Positions 42,748 through 50,000 of a stretch of DNA of 64,000 bases are shown here, piece by piece. The position numbers and the translations under genes are program-made. This DNA comes from Auanema rhodensis. Its lineage: Eukaryota > Animalia > Nematoda. Positions within the stretch are counted from its first letter, which is position 1. The number at the start of each line of letters is the position of its first letter. The stretch spans positions 4,092,001 to 4,156,000 of the forward strand of contig OZ059895.1 of the NCBI GenBank assembly GCA_964057225.1, written 5' to 3'. The notes under the pieces are model-generated. The model was not told the DNA's origin. It saw nothing but the letters and a program-made list of their open reading frames with translations, and made no database searches.

Positions 42748-45258
42748 TACAACGGTGAAAAAGATGTTTTATTAATAAAAATACCCAAATGGGAAGAGAA
42801 GTCTATCACCAAAAGAGGAATTTTGAGCTATATAAACTCAATATTCGACCCTCTCGGTATAACACAACCTCTAACATTAAAACTAAGGTTATTTTTGAAA
42901 GAAATTTGGGATTCCAAAATAGGATGGGACGAACTAATACCAGAAAAACAACAATCAGTATGGAAAACCTTATATAAAAAGATCGAAAACGAAAAAATCG
43001 AAATTAAAAGAGCAATTATCGATGAAACAAGCGATACATCTCAAAAATATGAATTTTTATTATTCACTGACGCGTCTAAAGATGTCATAGCGGCCGTCGC
43101 ATATGTGATGAGTATAAATATTCATGGAAAAATTGAAAAAATAGATTTTTTATGCTCTAAATCATCGACAATGGTTGAAGGAACCATACCAATGAAAGAA
43201 CTAACTGCTGTTCTTTTCGGAATGAAAATGTTAAAAGAAAATATCAAAGAAATAAACGTAAAAATCAAAAATATTAAAATTTTCACTGATTCACAAGTTG
43301 TTCTATGTTGGTTACATAAGAATCCAACGAAAAAAATATATGTACGGAACAGATTGAACAAAATAACAGAATTAATAACCGAAATTGAACAAGGAAACCG
43401 AAAAATTGAATTTTTTTATGTGAATACAAAGTTTAATCCTGCCGATTTACCTACGAGAGGTTTAGAAAAACCCGATGAAACATATATGCAATGGATCGAA
43501 GGTCCTCAATGGTATAAAGCAGAAAAAGAACGAAATTTGCACATAAAAACATTGAAAGAAGTTATAGAAAAGTATTGTGATGAACCACAACTAAAAATAG
43601 TGACTTTGTTGTTAAAATCTGAAATGAATCCAGCTGAGAATCAAGATTTAGATTTCTTGGCACAAACTTTTTCATCGTATTCAAAGTTCATTAACATAAT
43701 TCGCCAAGTTCTAATTTTCATCACTAAAATGCAGAAAAATATCGGAAAAACAAGTCAAAATCTGCTTGAGAATTTTAATGAAAAAGATACGTTGACAAAA
43801 AACAAAATGATTCAACAACTTCTAATAAAATGTCATCAAAACCAAAACAGCATTTTGCTTAAAAAAGAAAAATACAAGAAATTGGATATAATTACAGATG
43901 ATTCTGGAATATTAAGAGTGCGAGGCCGATTAGGCAACTCAGAAAATAGTAACAAACAGTATCCAATTCTTCTTTTTGGAAAAAAAACATTCACTAAACT
44001 TATTCTTACTTACATTCATGAGACATCGCTTCATAGTTCGCGAGAAACCATGATGGCAATAGTAAGAAGAGAATTTTTCATCATAAAACTTAAAACATGC
44101 ATAAATACAGTAATTTCAAAATGTTTAAAATGTAAAAAATTAAATAATAGGCCATATAAATACCCAAATTATCCTCAATTACCAAAAGAAAGAGTCCTAA
44201 TATATAAACCTTTCGAAAATATAGGTATTGATTACGCCGGTCCGTTATTAGTAAAAACAAATAGTAATTATGACAAGAAGGTTTGGATTATGTTAATTAC
44301 TTGCCTGTGTACACGAGCAGTATATTTGGATTTAGCCAATGATTGCTCCAGTAAAGAATTAACACTAAATCTGAGAAAATTTTTTGCTCGAAAACGAGTA
44401 CCAACAAAAATAATATCAGATAACGGCAGTCAGTTTACAAAAACTGATAAAATTCTCGAAACTTTCATTGAAAAAAAGCATGTAAACTGGCAAAAAATAA
44501 CTCCTTATTCACCATGGAAAGGAGGATTTTATGAAAGATTGATTGGAGTAACAAAAAAGTACTTAATAAAAACACTTGGAACAAGAACAGTTTATTTCAA
44601 TGAATTAAGTACAATTTTAACAGAAATTGAAAATATAATAAATTCGAGACCTATATCGTACATACATGACGATTTTGACAAAATAATAACTCCTAAAAGT
44701 CTAGAGTACTACCATCCAGAAAACCTCATTTGCGAATTCTCGGATAATGCAAAGAAAACAAATTTATCTCAAATTAACGAAATAAAAGACTGGATGAGTA
44801 TTTGCAATAGAACTATTTCGGAATTTTGGAGAGAATGGTCTTTAACTTACCTTGAAGAACTAAGAGCATTATCTAACAAGAGTGCTATCAACAAAAACTG
44901 TAATAAAACAAATCCCAAAGTTGGTGAAATTGTTTTATGCATTGAAAATAACGTAAAAAGACACAAATGGCCACTTGCAATTATTGAAGAATTGATATAT
45001 TCGCAAGATGGAGAGATCAGAACCGTCAAAATTAGAAATTCTGAAGGGAATCGATTTCTCAGATCTATTAATCATCTCATCCCTCTGGAAATATCAGAAA
45101 ATACACCAAATAACGAAGAAAATCATAGAATAAACAGTGAATCATTGCAAAATCATGAAAAAAGTAATGAACCAAAAAATATAAAAGAGAATAATCCAGA
45201 ATTATGGAAAAATAGACTTCGGAATATCGAAAAAATTGACTACACTATGTTCTTTTAG
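42745..45258 (+). pseudogene. pol: BEL/Pao Pol fragment lacking the RT catalytic core (RNase H and integrase frame intact)
   Basis: Matches the left copy from HYNG onward except K>E (42757), Y>C (43307) and a TAG instead of TAA stop. The ORF-track start at 42721 is a TTG in antisense spacer sequence, not an ATG. The first in-frame ATG is near 43108. Confidence 0.88.
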
Positions 45259-45323
45259 CTATAACAACATTGAATTAAATTAAATTTTGTAGATGCATAG
45301 TGTAGTTTCTAGAATAAAAAAAA

Positions 45324-45341
45324 TATATATATATATATATT
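45324..45341. repeat. (TA)n microsatellite between pol and the accessory gene (mirror at about 39725-39744)
   Basis: Direct reading of the TATATA run. Confidence 0.9.
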
Positions 45342-45400
45342 AATTTTAAATAAAAAGTAATTCAAATTATGTGAAAAGAGTTAATCGGTCGTTTTTTTTT

Positions 45401-45505
45401 GCGGCGGATGATTCGTGACACGTCATAACGTTACGTGAACGTCACGTAAAGTCACGCAACCAGAAATAGTATATAAAGAAAAGAATCTAACAGAAAAATT
45501 CATTT
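45401..45505 (+). promoter_or_regulatory. Putative Pol II promoter of the zinc-knuckle gene: clustered ACGT/TGACGT-like sites, TATA box and Inr
   Basis: CpG-rich GTGACACGTCATAACGTTACGTGAACGTCACGTAAAGTCACG in AT-rich DNA, TATATAAA at 45470-45477, TCATTT at 45500-45505 (30 nt after the TATA start), ATG at 45509. Confidence 0.6.
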
Positions 45506-45508
45506 CTC

Positions 45509-46011
45509 ATGAAGGAACAGAACGAAATCATGAATGATTATGAAGAACTACTTCTGGAGGAAGGAATTGAAGAAAACCAAGCAACCACCGACAATCTCAT
45601 AGAAAGAATATCCTTTCTGGAGAAACACGTGGTTACTATGTGTGAAGCACTGAAGAAATTGAATGATATTTACTCTGAAAAACGAGAGATAAGTAGTAAA
45701 CAACCAGAAAAGGTATATAATTTATTAATAAACAACTTATAAATAACAAAAAATTATTTAAGAAAGATGGTACATCAACTATAACATATAAACCGAAGTC
45801 ATACTGCAAACTCTGTAAAAAAGAACACAACACCGAAAAATGTTCCCAACATCCATCTAAACTTTCTAAGTTTACCAAAGCAGTCTCTATGAAGTTATGC
45901 TTACTCTGTCTTAACAGACATAAAGGAGATTGCACAAAAGCAAAAATTTGTAAATTTTGTAATTTGAAGCAGTATAATTTTATTATCTGCCCATGTACCA
46001 AACGAAAATAA
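45509..46011 (+). CDS. Predicted spliced gene: exon 1 45509-45712, intron 45713-45762, exon 2 45763-46011; 150-aa protein with helical N-terminus and three zinc knuckles
   Basis: GAAAAG|GTATAT...TTTAAG|AAAGAT is a phase-0, 50-nt AT-rich intron. Exon 2 translates to KDGTSTITYKPKSYCKLCKKEHNTEKCSQHPSKLSKFTKAVSMKLCLLCLNRHKGDCTKAKICKFCNLKQYNFIICPCTKRK*, containing CX2CX3HX4C, CX2CX3HX3C and a degenerate third CX2C...C. Confidence 0.8.
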
Positions 46012-46026
46012 ACATTTTTTAAATGA

Positions 46027-46032
46027 AATAAA
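46027..46032 (+). terminator. Candidate polyadenylation signal of the zinc-knuckle gene (mirror 39034-39039)
   Basis: AATAAA begins 16 nt after the stop codon. Weak evidence on its own in AT-rich DNA. Confidence 0.4.
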
Positions 46033-46212
46033 ATGAATTCTTTCGTGAAACATATTAAACAACCCGATTCGGGCTGGAATGTTTCGTATATTATACGAAA
46101 TTTAATGAAAGTAACGGAGAAACTATTAAAAAAGTGAGAATTCATTAAATATTAAAATCATCCTGAAAAGAAATAATTCATTAATCATTTATTCTCATTT
46201 GGTTTGAGAAAA

Positions 46213-46315
46213 CCGGTTGTATACGCGTCACCTCATAAGCGCGTGAAATTGACGTAACGAGGACTATAAAGTTATCTTTCAGTTCACATAGTTGGCTCAT
46301 AGCGCGTAGTCGCAT
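46213..46315 (+). other. Conserved CpG-rich non-coding module B (candidate structured RNA or regulatory/LTR element; mirror 38751-38853)
   Basis: Paralogous to 46477-46578: CGGTYGTATAC..ACGTCATA..CGTGAA..TGA-(26 nt)-TCAGTTCACA..GTTGRCTCATAGCGCGTAGTCGCAT. Confidence 0.55.
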
Positions 46316-46436
46316 ATTTAATAATATATATCTTTTTATATCTCGAAATTAAAACGAAATATAATGAAAATGATTTATTTATAAGAAATATTTTATGAAT
46401 CACGATATATATTATTGAATATGCGACTACGCGCTA
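46300..46436. repeat. Nested inverted repeat IR1: 33-bp arms 46300-46332 and 46404-46436, 71-bp spacer
   Basis: TAGCGCGTAGTCGCATATTTAATAATATATATC and its reverse complement, with one mismatch at 46417. Confidence 0.93.
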
Positions 46437-46758
46437 AAAATAAGTAAATTCATTTTAAAATATATTTCTGTTGTGAGCGGTCGTATACAGTTTACGTCAT
46501 ATTTACGTGAACTGACGTACGCCAAATGCTTCACTTTTAAATCAGTTCACATTGTTGACTCATAGCGCGTAGTCGCATTTATTATTAACTGTTTTATCAC
46601 TATAAATTGAATAAATCATTATTTTTATATTCTGTATCTTTTCGGAATATAAATTTAAAAGTGAAGCATTTGGCGTACGTCAGTTCACGTAAATATGACG
46701 TAAACTGTATACGACCGCTCACAACAGAAATATATTTTAAAATGAATTTACTTATTTT
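46437..46758. repeat. Nested inverted repeat IR2: 106-bp arms 46437-46542 and 46653-46758, 110-bp spacer
   Basis: AAAATAAGTAAATTC...CACTTTTAAAT and its reverse complement. The left-arm mirror is cut to 41 bp (38373-38413 pairing with 38524-38564) by the satellite junction. Confidence 0.93.
46477..46578 (+). other. Conserved CpG-rich non-coding module C (paralog of B; mirror 38488-38589)
   Basis: Same blocks and spacing as module B, with an unrelated 26-nt middle segment. Confidence 0.55.
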
Positions 46759-47036
46759 CTATTTAAAACCAATTTTCTTATGTTTTACTTAATTTAATGA
46801 TTCATTACTTATTCTTTCGTATATATACGAAACATTCCCCCTAAAAAAGGGCATTTTCGAACAGATTATAGATTATAGGTGAATGGGGAATTTTTTGTTT
46901 CTTTCTTTGTATGAACGAAATTTATATTCCGAAAAGATACAGAATATAAAAATAATGATTTATTCAATTTATAGTGATAAAACAGTTAATAATAAATGCG
47001 ACTACGCGCTATGAGTCAACAATGTGAACTGATTTA
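46538..47036. repeat. Overlapping inverted repeat IR3: 119-bp arms 46538-46656 and 46918-47036
   Basis: TAAATCAGTTCACATTGTTGACTC...CGGAATATAAATTT and its reverse complement, ending at the right satellite junction. Confidence 0.93.
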
Positions 47037-50000
47037 CATTTTGACAAAAATTTTTTCAAAAAATTTCAAAATAATTTAGCAAAAAGTAGATGTTTTTAAA
47101 TTTCTTTTTTCAAGGCAAAGACGATGGGCAATGTTATTCAACGAAAAAATTAATTCTTCAGGGTGAGAATCGAGGATATATGTGTGAACTTATATCAGTT
47201 GATATCTCGGTGCATTTTCAAGCTAGCGCAAATCTGATAACACAGATCGACGCAGCTTAAAAATCCGCATCGAATGCACTATACTTCATTGAGAAACGCT
47301 TAATACAAAAATAAGTTATGATCGTTTGAAAAATGATGCATTAGTGTATGTTGAGTTTCCATGTACACTCAACATTGCTTCCAAAAACATTTTGACAAAA
47401 ATTTTTTCGAAAAATTTCAAAATAATTTAGCAAAAAGTAGATGTTTTTAGATTCCTTTTTTCAAGGCAAAGACAATGGGCAATGTTATTCAACGAAAAAA
47501 TTAATTCTTCAGGGTGAAAATCGAGGATATAAGTGTGAACTTATATCAGTTGATATCTCGGTGCATTTTCAAGCTAGCGCAAATCTGATAACACAGATCG
47601 ACGCAGCTTAAAAATCCGCATCGAATGCACTATACTTCATTGAGAAACGCTTAATACAAAAATTAGTTATGATTGTTTGAAAAATGATGCATTAGTGTAT
47701 GTTGAGTTTCCATGTACACTCAACATTGCTTCCAAAAACATTTTGACAAAAATTTTTTCGAAAAATTTCAAAATAATTTAGCAAAAAGTAGATGTTTTTA
47801 GATTCATTTTTTTAAGGCAAAGACGATGGACAATGTTATTCAACGAAAAAATTAATTCTTCCGGGTGAAAATCGAGGATATAAGTGTGAACTTATATCAG
47901 TTGATATCTCGGTGCATTTTCAAGCTAGCGCAAATCTGATAACACAGATCGACGCAGCTTAAAAATCCGCATCGAATGCACTATACTTCATTGAGAAACG
48001 CTTAATACAAAAATTAGTTATGATTGTTTGAAAAATGATGCATTAGTGTATGTTGAGTTTCCATGTACACTCAACATTGCTTCCAAAAACATTTTGACAA
48101 AAATTTTTTCGAAAAATTTCAAAATAATTTAGCAAAAAGTAGATGTTTTTAGATTCCTTTTCTCAAGGCAAAGACGATGGACAATGTTATTCAACGAAAA
48201 AATTAATTCTTCAGGGTGAAAATCGAGGATATAAGTGTGAACTTATATCAGTTGATATCTCGGTGCATTTTTAAGCTAGCGCAAATCTGATAACACAGAT
48301 CGACGCAGCTTAAAAATCCGCATCGAATACACTATACTACATTGAGAAACGTTTAATACAAAAATTAGTTATGATCGTTTGAAAAATGATGCATTAGTGT
48401 ATGTTGAGTTTCCATGTACACTCAACATTGCTTCCAAAAACATTTTGACAAAAATTTTTTCGAAAAATTTCAAAATAATTTAGCAAAAAGTAGATGTTTT
48501 TAGATTCCTTTTTTTAAGGCAAAGACGATGGACAATGTTATTCAACGAAAAAATTAATTCTTCAGGGTGAAAATCGAGGATATAAGTGTGAACTTATATC
48601 AGTTGATATCTCGGTGCATTTTCAAGCTAGCGCAAATCTGATAACACAGATCGACGCAGCTTAAAAATCCGCATCGAATGCACTATACTTCATTGAGAAA
48701 CGCTTAATACAAAAATTAGTTATGATTGTTTGAAAAATGATGCATTAGTGTATGTTGAGTTTCCATGTACACTCAACATTGCTTCCAAAAACATTTTGAC
48801 AAAAATTTTTTCGAAAAATTTCAAAATAATTTAGCAAAAAGTAGATGTTTTTAGATTCCTTTTCTCAAGGCAAAGACGATGGACAATGTTATTCAACGAA
48901 AAAATTAATTCTTCAGGGTGAAAATCGAGGATATAAGTGTGAACTTATATCAGTTGATATCTCGGTGCATTTTTAAGCTAGCGCAAATCTGATAACACAG
49001 ATCGACGCAGCTTAAAAATCCGCATCGAATACACTATACTACATTGAGAAACGTTTAATACAAAAATAAGTTATGATCGTTTGAAAAATGATGCATTAGT
49101 GTATGTTGAGTTTCCATGTACACTCAACATTGCTTCCAAAAACATTTTGACAAAAATTTTTTCGAAAAATTTCAAAATAATTTAGCAAAAAGTAGATGTT
49201 TTTAGATTCATTTTTTTAAGGCAAAGACGATGGACAATGTTATTCAACGAAAAAATTAATTCTTCAGGGTGAAAATCGAGGATATAAGTGTGAACTTATA
49301 TCAGTTGATATCTCGGTGCATTTTCAAGCTAGCGCAAATCTGATAACACAGATCGACGCAGCTTAAAAATCCGCATCGAATGCACTATACTTCATTGAGA
49401 AACGCTTAATACAAAAATTAGTTATGATTGTTTGAAAAATGATGCATTAGTGTATGTTGAGTTTCCATGTACACTCAACATTGCTTCCAAAAACATTTTG
49501 ACAAAAATTTTTTCGAAAAATTTCAAAATAATTTAGCAAAAAGTAGATGTTTTTAGATTCCTTTTTTTAAGGCAAAGACGATGGACAATGTTATTCAACG
49601 AAAAAATTAATTCTTCAGGGTGAAAATCGAGGATATAAGTGTGAACTTATATCAGTTGATATCTCGGTGCATTTTCAAGCTAGCGCAAATCTGATAACAC
49701 AGATCGACGCAGCTTAAAAATCCGCATCGAATGCACTATACTTCATTGAGAAACGCTTAATACAAAAATTAGTTATGATTGTTTGAAAAATGATGCATTA
49801 GTGTATGTTGAGTTTCCATGTACACTCAACATTGCTTCCAAAAACATTTTGACAAAAATTTTTTCGAAAAATTTCAAAATAATTTAGCAAAAAGTAGATG
49901 TTTTTAGATTCATTTTTTTAAGGCAAAGACGATGGACAATGTTATTCAACGAAAAAATTAATTCTTCAGGGTGAAAATCGAGGATATAAGTGTGAACTTA

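Larger units (their letters stand above)
38373..46693. repeat. Giant inverted repeat: arms 38373-42321 and 42745-46693 (3949 bp each), spacer 42322-42744 (423 bp)
   Basis: Mirror ORF ends all sum to 85066 (39808+45258, 39324+45742, 38921+46145, 42089+42977). Differences seen, in right-arm coordinates: 42757, 43307, 45258, 45286, 45322, 45725, 45991, 46232, 46417, 46651. Confidence 0.97.
42745..47036 (+). mobile_element. 5'-truncated BEL/Pao LTR retrotransposon, right (fold-back) copy with rearranged 3' region
   Basis: Mirror image of the left copy, with an extra 343 bp (46694-47036) before the satellite. Whether all of the distal non-coding part belongs to the element is uncertain. Confidence 0.85.

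Noticed and set aside
40037-45029. Small 60-79 aa ORFs overlapping pol, and the 61-aa ORF at 46607-46792
   Set aside because: They are antisense or alternative-frame by-products, or span an inversion junction, and have no motifs.
45509-45742. 77-aa ORF as a complete gene
   Set aside because: Its last 9 codons lie in the predicted intron. The spliced 150-aa model explains the downstream Cys/His frame better.
42757-46651. A/G excess among arm mismatches as ADAR editing
   Set aside because: Only about 5 of 10 sites, which ordinary transition bias explains.
46661-46690. CA-TT-TGGCGTACGTCAG as LTR end plus primer-binding site
   Set aside because: It lies in an inverted duplicate of module C, has no internal region after it, and matches no tRNA 3' end that I can recognise.
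38373-46693. Arms as terminal inverted repeats of a DNA transposon or Polinton, or the array as CRISPR
   Set aside because: The arms are BEL/Pao coding sequence with no transposase or target-site duplication. The repeats have no unique spacers and the context is eukaryotic.
38373-47036. Palindrome as a pure sequencing fold-back artefact
   Set aside because: Not favoured: the arms differ by substitutions without visible indels, the outer junctions are asymmetric, and the two arrays carry different variant sets. Read-level confirmation is still needed.
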